A DNA stretch of 64,000 nt. Source: Lingula anatina (taxonomy: Eukaryota > Animalia > Brachiopoda). The position numbers and the translations under genes are program-made. The notes below the pieces were generated by a model. It saw only the letters and a program-made list of their open reading frames with translations. It made no database searches and was not told the DNA's origin. The DNA is taken from NCBI GenBank assembly GCA_051362555.1, contig CM120645.1, positions 11,408,001-11,472,000 on the forward strand, written 5' to 3'. This document shows, in pieces, positions 49,401-61,525 of the stretch; within the stretch, counting starts at the first letter, position 1; every line of letters begins with the position of its first letter.

Positions 49401-52400
49401 TGTACCAGCTAGGATTTTTTTTGTTTTCGGAAATAAGTGAAAACTGTGTGTGTATATATATTTGCCAGAGAGAGAGAGAGAGTTGAAATGAAGAAGGCAC
49501 TTTAAGATTCTATAGTAGTTTGTGTATACATTTTCATAGAAAACTTCAACAGGAATTGGAAAACCTTTTCTTAGATAAATGAACTTCTTTCCTTAATTGT
49601 GATTTTTTCTTTGGATCCAGTATTCCCTCTTTGCATTTTAGGTATCTGGTGACAGAAACAAATTAATACATGTTTGGAACCCTGAGACATGCCAGTTACT
49701 GCATACATTCACTGGACATAGGGATGCAGTGTCTGTAAGTGCCTTGAGGACTTACTAAAATTATATTAATTAACTAAGCGAAGGCAGTAAAATGTTAATT
49801 TAATGTACCCTAGTGTGTCTGTTCATATTATTATTATTATAATTGTCTTTTTTTTTTTTGACAACATTATATGCCTGTTTAATAGCATAAATGTCCCCTG
49901 TTAGAATAGTTTATGCTATTAGAAATATGGAAGTTATAAGATATAAATTCAAACTTTTTTCTGTTGTCATTGTTCAGGGTTTGGCATTTAGACGCGGAAC
50001 ACACCAGCTTTTCAGTGCATCACATGACAGATCAGTGAAAATATGGAACTTGGATGAGATGGCATATGTGGAGACATTGTGAGTGTGTATTGAAGATACT
50101 GACTAGATAAGTCATCCAGTTGCATCTTACATGATTTAATATAATGTCATGAAATTTTCAGCATTTATTTAAAACACCATTTTCCTACATTATGCCAAAT
50201 TTCATTGTAATATCTTCATTAAACTTTATTAGTGGTTTTAAGTTTTTTTTATTTATTTTTAATTTTTTAGCCACCAATTATATTTATATATATTCTAGAT
50301 TTGGTCACCAGGACAGTATCAGTGGTATAGACAGTGGTACAAGGGACAGAGCTGTCACGTCAGGGGGGAGGGATGGGACGGTCAGGATATGGAAAGTCGT
50401 GGAAGAGTCGCAGTTGGTCTTCCACGGCCACGGGTAAGGGGACGCTAGGGGTCACTTAATGTGCTCTGGTCATTTAGGGTGGTTTGTTCTCGTATGTGTA
50501 ATAAATTTTGTCAGTCAGAGAATTAGCTTTAACAGTTCAGCCTTATGAAAAGAAAAGTACGGTTTGAATCTAGTGTGAAATGCAGGTTTGCTAATAGATA
50601 TTCTGGTGAGGAGTTTGCATTGTGAGGGAGGGAAGTGGTGGTTGATCAGTGATACAGAATGGTTAAGCCAGTTAGTGGCAAGAAAGCCAGCTGTCTAGCT
50701 GACTTCTTGAATTACACAAATTTATTGATGATATAATAGGTTAACTGTTATAACATAGATATTATATTATTTTTGTTTCCTTTTTCAGTGGTTGCATAGA
50801 CTGTGTTGCTTTGATCAATGAGGAACACTTTGTGTCTGGAAGTGACAATAAGTGAGTATTGCTATTGTACATATATCTGAGTTTAGATTACACTTCAGAT
50901 GCCTTGTAGTCAAATTAAGAAAGTATTCTCTCATTGAATGAACGCAGGGTTTTTGGTATAATCAAATAAAGAATATTTACTTCCTGTCTCAGTGAATGTA
51001 TTACATTGATTAACAAAATGTGTAGGAAATGTTCAGGAATATTTGTGTCTATTGTAAAGATGCAAGTCTTTTTTCCTCTGTTTTAGTTCTCTTTCACTGT
51101 GGTATGTGCAAAAGAAGAAGCCAATCTGTACAGTGCAAAATGCCCACCCTGGCAGTGAAGATGGGGACCCCACTGTAAAAAATGAAAACTGGATAACGTC
51201 TGTTGCAGCAATACCAAATTCAGATCTGATTGCATCAGGTGAGCTCAAGTCATTGGGAAAAATAGCATTTTTTTAAGAAGGTAACTGTCATAACAAATGT
51301 TGGGACATATTTAAAATATTCAAGATATACGTAACACATAAGAGGGTTCAAAATTACAGACCTAATATTGGCAGCTAGTGGGTCTGACATTCATTCATTT
51401 AGAATTAAAATAAATTACATTGGAATTCAAAACAGTATGATTTTTCCTGGACCAAATGATTAATTGTGTCTAAACTTTTTTTTGTGTTGTCTGACAACTG
51501 TCTTTCTCCCAGCAGGTTCTAAAGATGGCTGCCTGCGACTGTGGAAAGCAGAGCAAGGTTTCAGGGAACTAACTGTCCACCATGTGATACCTGTGGTAAG
51601 AGGGTCCGGAAGTGAACAGATTGTAGTGGGCTTAGATAGACGTGTTTATTATTTATTTTCTTTATTATGGTTTTTATGTGTTTTTGGTTTTGATCCATTA
51701 AAAATGTGCAGCTCTCTTTAACTATCTTCTTTACTACTCTTTACTATCCAGTAACCAGCAATATGGAATAGTACATATTTTATAATATACAACGAGAAAT
51801 GTTTAAATTTTTGCTGAATCATTTTTATGTACAGACACAGATGTGTCTGTACATATTGCCATCACCTGCGTCTGTCGTCGCCGTCCCTGTCGCCGTCGAT
51901 GTCGCCGTCGCCGTCGCCGTCGCCGTGCACTTTCATCGTTAACACGATAAGTGGAAGACAGTTTTACTTTTTGGCTTTATATTTACAGAGCTGATGAATA
52001 TTCATAAAACGCAGGTCAAGTTCGAAAATCAGCATGTTTGGGCAATTATTGTAGTATTTATGCTGTGTTTTCACTTTTTAGCATATATGCAACACTGTTA
52101 ACACATTTCAAGGAAAACCGATAGGCCTGTTGTCATGAAACTCACAGGAGTAATTAATCTTACTAAAACGCAGATCAAGTTCGAAAATCGGCATGATCGG
52201 GCCATTATTTTAGTAGTTATGCTGTTTTTTTCACTTTTCAGCATATGTGCAACACTGTTAACACATTTCAAGGAAAACCGATAGACCTGTTGTCATGAAA
52301 CTCACAGGAGTAATTAATCTTACTAAAATGCAGGACAAGTTCGAAAATCAGCATAATCGGGCCATTATTTTATAAGTTATGCTGTTTTTAAACATTTCCT

Positions 52401-54306
52401 CAGATTCAATTCTTAGGCATGTTAACAGTCTCATTGTTTAACTAATAAGATTCGTAAAAGTGTTTGTTTGACATTTCCTGCATCTTTACAACATTGTTAG
52501 TTGATTATGTAAAAATGATGGTAAACTTGTTATCATGTATTGTATAATAGAGTTTCAAAAATGGAAATAAACTCATATCATTGCAGTTTGTCAGATTCAT
52601 TCATTCACTATGTTCAGAAACTCAGAATGGAGGAAATTGGACATTAAACACTGTTCTATTGATATTTTTCCCATCTCATCAATTTTCTTAGTTGATCATA
52701 TATAAATGGCAGTAAATTGTTCATTTTGTTATATGTTAAAAAATTGTTAAAAATGAAAAAAAAACATTTCAAGACAGTGCTGTCTTGGCATTTTCAAGGT
52801 GTGACTTTGAAGTTCCTTTGGCCTGAAGACCTTTGCTAGGAACATTTTCTGAATATCCATGATACTAATATTTTATTATTAAAAATTGATGGTAATTATC
52901 CTGTTAAACATTATGTAATAGTGCATTAAAATTTGAAGACACCCCTATTTTGGACACTGCTCCCATGATGACCATTTAAGGAAAACCATGTCACTTACTG
53001 TTCTCAAACTTACAGGAAGAAACATGGGACTTAAATAAAGCTTCAGTGGGCAATGCAGACTATTTGGTAAATTTTTTTGGCAGTTAATCAGTTTTTTGTG
53101 AAAATTTAATTTTTCACATATTGGCATTTTCAAGGTGTGACTTAGAACCTCCACGGGCTTGAAGACCCATGCTAGTCACATTTTCTGAAAATCCACGGAT
53201 ACGGATCTTTTATTATTAAAAACTGATGGTCATTATGCTGTTAAGCATTATGTAATATTGCATTAAAATAGAAGAAAACACAATTTTGGGTGCTGCTGCC
53301 ATGATGACCATTATGGGAAAACCATGTTACTTATGATTGTCAAACTTTCAAAAAAGAAACAAAGGACTAAAATGCAGCCTGAGTTGGAAAAGCAGTCTAA
53401 TTGGCTTCTTTTTCTGGAAGTTATACATTTTAGTGAAATATTCATTTTTATCATGTTGGCATATTCATTGTGAGACTCGAAGCTCCCATGGACATGAAGC
53501 CAAATGGTAATCAAATTTTCTACATGTCCATGCTATTTATAGTCAATAATCAAAAATTGGTGATAATAATATTCTGTAATTTATTTTGTAATGTTACATC
53601 AAAATTGACAAAAATCTTTTTGCACTGCTACTACAAACATTATGAAAAGAAAACTATGTTACTTATTATTATTTTCAACTTACAAGTATGATTTGTAGGA
53701 TTGGCATGCAGTTCAAATTAGAAAGCCAGCTCAAATGGGTTATCATTTATTATTGAATTTAAGCAGTTTTATGTGAAATTTTCATTTTTCTCATTCTGGC
53801 ATTTTCAAAGTGTGAACTTAAACTCCCATGGGCCTGAAGCCTTACGCTTGTTACACATTTCACTTACATTGGTATTACCTGTTGAGCATAATTAAAATTT
53901 GATGTTGAATTTGCAGTTAAGCATAATGTACTTTTGCATCAGAATTGACAGTAGCCTGTTTTGTGCATTGTTATTGTCTGCTTTTTGTCTGTACATTTGA
54001 CAGCTTTGCTGCCTTGTTTGTATTCTGTTAGTGAGGGCTGTATTTCATAAGTTTATATTTCATTATTATTCTTGTTTATTTTTTCTCAAAGATTTAGCCT
54101 CATGTCTTGAGTCCTCCCAAGATATTGATATACTTTCTCTCTTCTCCTTTCAGCGTGGTTTTATAAACTGTGTACAGTTCTCTTCACAAGGCAACTATTT
54201 GGTGGCAGCGGTGGGACAGGAACATAAACTAGGAAGATGGTGGAGACTGAAAGACGCCAAGAATGGTGTTTGTATCATCAGACTGAGGAAAAAGAATGCA
54301 ACATGA
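46445..54306 (+). CDS. RRP9: U3 snoRNP WD40 protein RRP9 (U3-55K), 14 exons
   Basis: Exons ~46445-46507, 46927-47048, 47460-47587, 47827-47891, 48239-48280, 48766-48892, 49229-49353, 49642-49734, 49978-50078, 50299-50433, 50789-50851, 51087-51238, 51516-51595, 54154-54306. Signature segments MSFFIR, ETAQEKKLRLTKQYL, GLAFRRGTHQLFSASHDRSVKIWNLDEMAYVETLFGHQD, VAAVGQEHKLGRWWR. Confidence 0.96.
51823..54017 (+). mobile_element. Non-autonomous Helentron-type element (HINE / DINE-1-like) in the last RRP9 intron
   Basis: T-run insertion site, 5' stem-loop ATGTACAGACAC-agat-GTGTCTGTACAT, (GTCGCC)n microsatellite, ~159-bp and ~340-bp internal tandem repeats, 3' subTIR TGTCTGTACAT followed by hairpin GACAGCtttGCTGCC and TT. 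Confidence 0.8.
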
Positions 54307-54829
54307 TGCTCACAAATTTGACTTGAATATTTTTATTGCTCTGAGTTTCGAGAGGTCTTCTTCATGATAATGAATGCAACATTTTAGCAGTTTTTTTTAA
54401 CAATCATGAAGATAGTCCCACATTCATCCTTTCATATTAGTTATTTTTATCTTGGGATAAAAATTACCCTTTTTTATTAAGCCAAACTTAACGAAATAAA
54501 TCAAGCATCCCTCTAGCAGGATACGAGGACAGCCCCCCCTCGCCCCCAAAAAAATCACATGGAATACAAATATAAAATTAAATGTATAAAGTTCAAATCC
54601 TTTCAGTCATTCTTTGCAACTTCAAAATAGTGAGTATTTATATCATTAAAGAATTATTTTATCCTCATTTCATTTGCATGGAGTACAAGTACAGAAAATG
54701 TTTTTAAAAATTTAGGTGCGAATAGGCAAAACTGTTCACTGCAATACAGATAACGTGCTCAGTAAAAACATTTCCAGATAGCCCTGTTCTCTTTTAAGTA
54801 TATCCAAAATTTAAAAAAAATGTATAGTA

Positions 54830-55760
54830 GGCTTCCAGGTTGGTCTGTAGTCCACAATGCCAAATGCCAAATACACTGGCTGAGGTAGAAAAAACTTCTT
54901 TCACTTGGGTTTTGGGTAAAGAATGGCGGAAAGCATTCCTTATAGCTACTTCAAATTATATCAGCACACTATCAAGAGCCAGCTCAGGCCTGAGTTCTTT
55001 GAGCTTACTCACCAAATGGTATTAAGTGTTTTCTGTCTTGTTTGGAAGTAGGGCATAAATGCATGGGAGGATATGGCCCTCATAGAGTGCATGAATGGTT
55101 AACATGCAAAAGAAATTCTCTCAGGTGGCCTAAAAAGTTCTATCACAAAACCAGTTTGCGGATGCAGTAAGAGTTCTTAAGTTGTTTTCTGTTGCAATGA
55201 GCAAAATTCGATTAGCTGGGCCTTCCCCACTGTTGTAAAATAAGACTTCTGAGTACCAGAATTACTCTGCATTTGATGTTCTTCTGTAGCTGTCTGGCAG
55301 TCTTTTTTTTTTCCTCAGGTGTCGAAGGATTGGGAAGTAGATTGCCAGCATCATGCCTGTTTCTACTCAGCGCTCTGCGAATATTTGAAACTGTTGGCAA
55401 CTTAGCAGCAGCCCCTCCGGATGCTTCCTCTATAGCTTGAATGATTACAACTTGAGGGGTTTCCTCTGTTGTCTGGGTTCTTCGTTTCATAGTAGTTCTC
55501 AACTTCAAAACTTCTTTTTTTATGTTGCATATGCAACATGTGTGTGTTCACTAACACGGCCCACAACTTCATTTCCCAGAATTTTAGCGTCAAAACTTCT
55601 TTTTCTTTTGCATCTGCAACGTTTACAACTTTGGTTGTAGAATTTTAACTTTTGCTTTGCAACCATGATTCCTTTTCGTGGTGCACTCACATATGAAATA
55701 ACCACACCCGCCTACTTATTTTGCTTTACATAAACGTTTTTCTCAAAGGTGAGTTTGAAA
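54830..55760 (-). pseudogene. Degenerate MULE (Mutator-like) transposase relic
   Basis: Minus-strand fragments: FLYWCH-like C..K..GCKAK...HTH, then LPTVSNIRRALSRNR, RILLIATENNLRTL..ANWFCDRTF, YALLPNKTEN, FEVAIRNAF; many stops and frameshifts. Confidence 0.75.
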
Positions 55761-55837
55761 CTCCCATGTTCAGACTGAGCTGACTTATACACCCTACCCT
55801 TCATTACTTCACACTACACGTTACTTGTCTTCACTTA

Positions 55838-56061
55838 AGCCCCCTTTACACTGGACGGCGTCCTTTCTGCGTCCTTTCTGCGACCATGAAATTTGGCAAT
55901 TGCTGTGGTCTTAATAAGGAGGCACGAGCATTGATTTGGTATAAGAATGAATGCTCAATGATCGGCCAGTTGTCGGCACGTAAAGTATTATAATTTTTTA
56001 ACTTTCAAATGGGGCCGTACTGCTGGACGCAGAAAGGACGCCGTCTAGTGTAAAGGGGGTA
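55838..56061. mobile_element. PIF/Harbinger-like MITE with TTA TSD
   Basis: ~35-bp TIRs CCCCCTTTACACTGGACGGCGTCCTTTCTGCGTCC / GGACGCAGAAAGGACGCCGTCTAGTGTAAAGGGGG; tta at 55835-55837 and 56062-56064. Confidence 0.8.
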
Positions 56062-59000
56062 TTACTAATTGCAGTCAAGCGTACTAGTACTTCTATTCTG
56101 GTCACCTGGAAAGCACTATGGTATAGGTGGGTTGTGGTCAAGCAATTATATGTAACAGTTCATCAAAGGGTTACCTGGATGAGTAAGATTCTCTCTTTAC
56201 CCCCACCTCTTGCTAGAGATGCACCTTCAGTAAAGACAAGCAACTTGATCAAGGGGGTAGGGGATGGTTAAGCAATTAATAGGGTAACCTGGATGAGTGA
56301 CATTATATTTTTACCCACCTCTACCTGGAGATTCTTAATAAAATTGTCAGTGCTTTTACTCCATGAAAATGAAATTAGAATAAAATGTTTAATGATATCA
56401 ATAGTCACTATCCTGGAGTTGCATTAAAACATAAGAATAGGTGGAAAGATTTGAAATTTATACTCTTTAATTTATATTTCATGTGATTTCTTTTTTTTTT
56501 CGGAGTGGGGGTCCTGATACCCCCCGCCCCAGATGCGACTCGCCCGTGTTTTGAGAAAAAGACGCAACTGTAGGAATAAACTGTGCGGATTTCCCAGGAA
56601 CGACACTGTTGTATGGCTGTTGTAACATGCTGTGGAAAAAGAAAGCGATGTTGCTAACAGTTCCGAAGATTCGTAAAGTGCTGCGTAGAAAGTTAGGCTG
56701 GTGCTCTCTAGGATACAAATATAATTACTATTTCAATGAAGGTATAAGTAGATTATATCTGTTTACAAATAAAGTATCGAAATAAAAAAATTAAACACTA
56801 ATTATTTCCCGTGTTCTGGATGATTGGATGTTAGCACAATATCAAACTAACAACCTATTTACTCGAATGATAACACATAAGGTTAAATAACATTGGCAAA
56901 GATCCCAGCACCCTGGGAAACAGAGCGCTGAAAAAATCCCCGGGGTCGAGGAAGGCAGATATATAGAGGTCGGAGGATAATCCTGATCTTCAGGGTGAAT
57001 GACAATAGTTTTTGTTATCAGCTCGATTCTTCCTCGGTAGCAATGGAACTGTTGAATTGTGCAGTTTAAAACACTTGAGTGCGAAGATATCGTTTTATCT
57101 GATATTAACGAGGTTGAATACAACGTTTTTTAAATGCAGGATACACGAGAGAGAAATTGTATTACTCTTGGGCACGAGACCAATGATCTTTATGGAGTAG
57201 TTACTGGTAGATGACCACGAATAACTGTTAGATGAAAAGAAAAGACACATTTATTGCACAAATCCACAGTAGGGAAAGAAATTCAACTACTACGGAGATA
57301 GCTGCGTTCCTTACACAAGTACTTGTACTTTCGCCAAATATAAGGATTTTTTTTTCGTGGATAATCAAAATCAAATAAAACGTTAATGTTGCATGAGTGA
57401 AGGTAAGATATTAGAGAATAATGCTTGTAAATAGAGTTAATGGATAGCTGTATTCGGCAGAGGAATGTATCATGTAGTAATTATCGCCAGTGCTGTTTAA
57501 AAAAAAGGCCTCATTTACCGCCCTGAGAGTCCCCGCTTAGTCTGCTGCACAACACAGAAAAAGGAACCGAAGGCAAACGAATTTCATTCAGGAAAATTGT
57601 TAATATAAACAAAAGTAATATGCTTTTTGTTGAGATATTTTACGAGACCAATTGACAGTTGTTAAATTCAAGAATGCTGCACCAGGATTTTCTTATTCCA
57701 TTATTTTTCAAAGTCGCCTTTTTGTGCTTCGGAGATTCTGGTTCGATTTTTTTTTCTTGTCGAAAGGTCTTGTTGTATGTCTGCTGTACAATAATTAAAC
57801 ATGATTGCACGTCAGGCCCTTGCCCCTGGTCTGTGAAGAAATCACGATCACTGCTGATTACTTATTTTCTGTGGTGCATGTAATGGTTCATTTTGTATAA
57901 AGAGATTAAAGCACCAATATTTATCTACAAGGTGTCAGTAAGACTGAAACCCGTCAGGGTGACAAACAATAACTGTTAGAACTTGTCGCCTACGGTAGGA
58001 TTTTTTTCTAAAAATTCCACAAGCGACTCCTCTTAATTCAAATATGATTGACTTCCTCTTTGAGAATACACCAAGATCCTTGTTGACTCTTCATGCATGA
58101 AAATAGAGTAAATAAGACATTAAATAGGTCAAGCCTCTGCACCTTTTTTCTAAAGAATAGGCCATACCTGGGATAGCATTATATATTGGACTGTTGTTAT
58201 TTCGGCGAAAACGAGGAGGAAGAATGTTTGCTCGTAGCAAAGAGGAAGAGGTGTAATGCTGTTACCGTCACTTCGACCGGGAACAGTCACAAGTGGACTT
58301 ACACTGCGTTTCAAACGAGATGACTTCTGCATGAAATCGTGGGTCACATAAAAAGGAATACTTGGGTTAGAGGAATAGCGAGTGTTCTACTATAAGGCGC
58401 TAAGTTTGGAATTTTACCTGGAGACACGATATCTGACACCGAACTAATCATTTAACCACAGAATTGGAGGTGCTTTGTTAGTTATATTTAATCTTCTTGA
58501 TGCGTGCTTCGTAAGTTATATATTAATTTTGTTGATAAGACGAGAGCCTCTTACGTTATTGTAAAGTTGCCACCAACGAGTTGAAAGTTACCGAGAGCGA
58601 GATAACTAAGTTGTCATTCATTATGCATCGTATTGTTATGTTTACATTCTGATAATGTTATCTTTATTTTTTTATGTATAACATAATAGCTTGAAACGTT
58701 TTAACTGTTGGTTTATTTATACAATTGCACGTGGTGTTATCACTTTGATTAAGTCGGCCTGTCGAAAAATATTTTAGTATTCATGATGAACTGAGATCTA
58801 ACGGAATGGGCGGAGAAAACAACCCCTCTCCCACTCCACTTTTACACGCTGTCAAATACTTTAACCTCAGCTGTATAACTCACCCAGCTTCCATTACCCT
58901 TTAATATCACAATCAAATCAGACCAGATCCTACGACATCGATCTGTTTTTATTTTTTGTTCGTGTGTTTGTCTGCAATTTATCAACCACAGGTCAGCTGT

Positions 59001-59384
59001 CATATTAGACAGAATACAGTAGTCGACTCCTTATAGTCGACTCGATTTATGAAAACAGTTTTCCAACCAGGAAGTGTGTCGGTAACTTAGTACTTATATC
59101 TTCACTGAACTACCGGTAAGTTCGATCTTCTCAAACAATGGCTTGCGAGCTGGGACATACCATTCATTTTAACCCTTAATCAGTTTTATAAATTACGCAC
59201 GATGCCTTAGTTTATTCATTTCTGTTTGGGTTGTTGAAAACCTGGCTATCCGACATATCTGTACAGGTATAGTTAACCCATCAAATTCGATCTACATTGA
59301 TCACCTAGCTTTCTAAAACCAGGAAGTGTAGTTGCGATTGCCATATTTATCTTCCATCTGCCGGCACAGTATACGATGACTTTG

Positions 59385-59637
59385 TCCCCATTCCCATACC
59401 TAGCTCGATCTAGCGGGATCGCTCCATCTCCGAGGGGATTCTCGCTAAAATTGCCTTCGGCTAAAGCGGCTTAGAAGTCTGGCACGCCTACTGAAGCTGC
59501 TTAGAGATAGTTTACTACTCCCTAACAGCTTCAGTAGGCGTCAGACATCAGAGCCGCTAAAGCTGAAAGCGATTTAGCGAGAATCCCCTCGGAGATAGAC
59601 CGACCCCGCTAGATCGATTTAGGTATGGGAATGGGGT
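59385..59637. mobile_element. Fold-back MITE (near-perfect ~250-bp hairpin)
   Basis: ccccattcccatacctag..ctccgaggggattctcgctaaa..cgcctactgaagctg pairs with cagcttcagtaggcg..tttagcgagaatcccctcggag..taggtatgggaatgggg. Confidence 0.8.
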
Positions 59638-59642
59638 TATAC

Positions 59643-59856
59643 ACCCCATTTCCATAGATTAGATCGACCTACTTTAGATCGACCTAACTCCCTGGGGGTT
59701 CACGCTAAATAGCTGTCAGCCGGTCGGACACGAAAGTTAATTACCCCTTTACAGCTTGTAGTAGGCGGGACGGACATTTAAGCCGGATTATCTGATAGTA
59801 ATCTAGTGAGACTCCCCGCGGGGATAGATCGATCTAAAAGCTCTGGGAATACAGCC
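59643..59856 (+). mobile_element. MITE, family 2 copy
   Basis: accccatttccatagattagatcga ... tcgatctaaaagctctgggaatacagcc; closely matches the reverse complement of 62977-63190. Confidence 0.8.
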
Positions 59857-61525
59857 TTAGTCCCATAAGTCGAGTGTTTAACAAGTCAAGGAGCGGCGTA
59901 AAAATGTGAAATATTGCACACTTTATGAGAGGTCTCTTTCACAGGTGACGCCGTCATACACAGGTGATGTTATGCGCCCTTTTTATGAAGCGATATATCA
60001 TTTCTTTTACAAATAACCCTGTATAATAAGATTACAGGGAAACGACACATTTGACACATGTTAGTTCCCTTTTGTATTTTATTCAGCAGAGACTTGTGTC
60101 GGTCGGCTTTTTATAGTGGTAAGGCAATCTCTAAAGAAGACGATTTATGGGTTGTAATAGGGGCATGTTATTAATTCATCTATAAGTTCAGAAGGGTGGT
60201 GAATTACATGACTTTAAAGACGTTTAAATCCCATGCCTCTTTGAGCAGATGTATGTTAACAGTGCGTGAAAGAAAGAACACAGAAACCACAGGTGCGTAG
60301 GATAAAAAACTTTAATTGGTTAATAATTAGATATAAAGTGGGTCATAAGTGGGATTAATTATTTGCCAGGAGGGCTGGCATATCTGTGTCAGTAGCAATA
60401 TGCGCTGAACGCAAGGTTTGTTGATAAACTGATGAATTCACAGGTACTGGTAAGTTGCGTAAATCGTCCTTAACCTATTTATCTACTCTTAAGTTATGTA
60501 TTCTGTGCTAATGCAAATTAACCAGCAGTTTAATCATTGGCTGTAAACAGAATAACTCGGTTTGCATTGTATGCATTCAATTTTTGATTCAGCTAACTAA
60601 AAGGTATTTCGTTACGACAGAAAAGGCAATAGATACCATTATGCAAACGCATGTCCTGAACATTGAAAACGCCAGATAGACTTTACGGTCATTGAATTTT
60701 CATTGTGCATGTGTTGTATCATTTGATGTTGTTTCGTGTTTGCTTAAAAACGACGCAGAAAAGTCGACTCTGGGTACATTTTATGTTATATGGGGCCGAA
60801 GGTGTTATTCCTGCTTCCGAGTCGAGGTGTCTTGTGCAGTAGTTCAGCAAAATATAGAGAAAAACGGTGGAGGAAAAACATTGGTCGTTATAACAGGATT
60901 ACTCACTTTTGGGTGATGAAAAAATTTGTATTTTCAGGCTAAGAAAAGAGATTAGGAATTTGGTGGCGAAGCCCATTTCAAACAAGATAAACAAGTTGGC
61001 GCAGGTGTGAAATGCCGTTAAAAAAATGGGACCTCTGCATAACGTGTCTTTAACAAATGGAGAGAACAGGGGATAACATTTGCCAGAATAAGTCTATTCC
61101 CTGCTATTTCCATGTTTATTTTTTTTTCATTATAGCTTTGTGTGTGAGTGTTTGTGTTTATTGAAGACTGACTACACAGGGGCTTATCCAGGATTATTTG
61201 AAGGGGGGGGGGCAGTTTTTTTTTAAATGACAGGCCTCGGATGCGAGCCCGACCCTTGCCCCCTTGGTGTGGGGTTCAGTGTTTTGGAGGGCAAATGGCG
61301 CCCTTTGGTGCAGTTTAAAACCAAGATTCGGGTCTTCATAATTCTAATATCAAGAAGGAAATATTGGGGTGATTTTTCCCAGAAACCGAGAGGGCGGGGG
61401 GAGGGGGGGGGGGGGGGTCCAGCAGGTCTTAAACTAGGCGGGGATAATATGGAGAATGAATCGTCCTAGATAAAACTTACTGTACTTTATGCCGTCTATC
61501 TTTTACAGATTAACTGAGCTCCACC

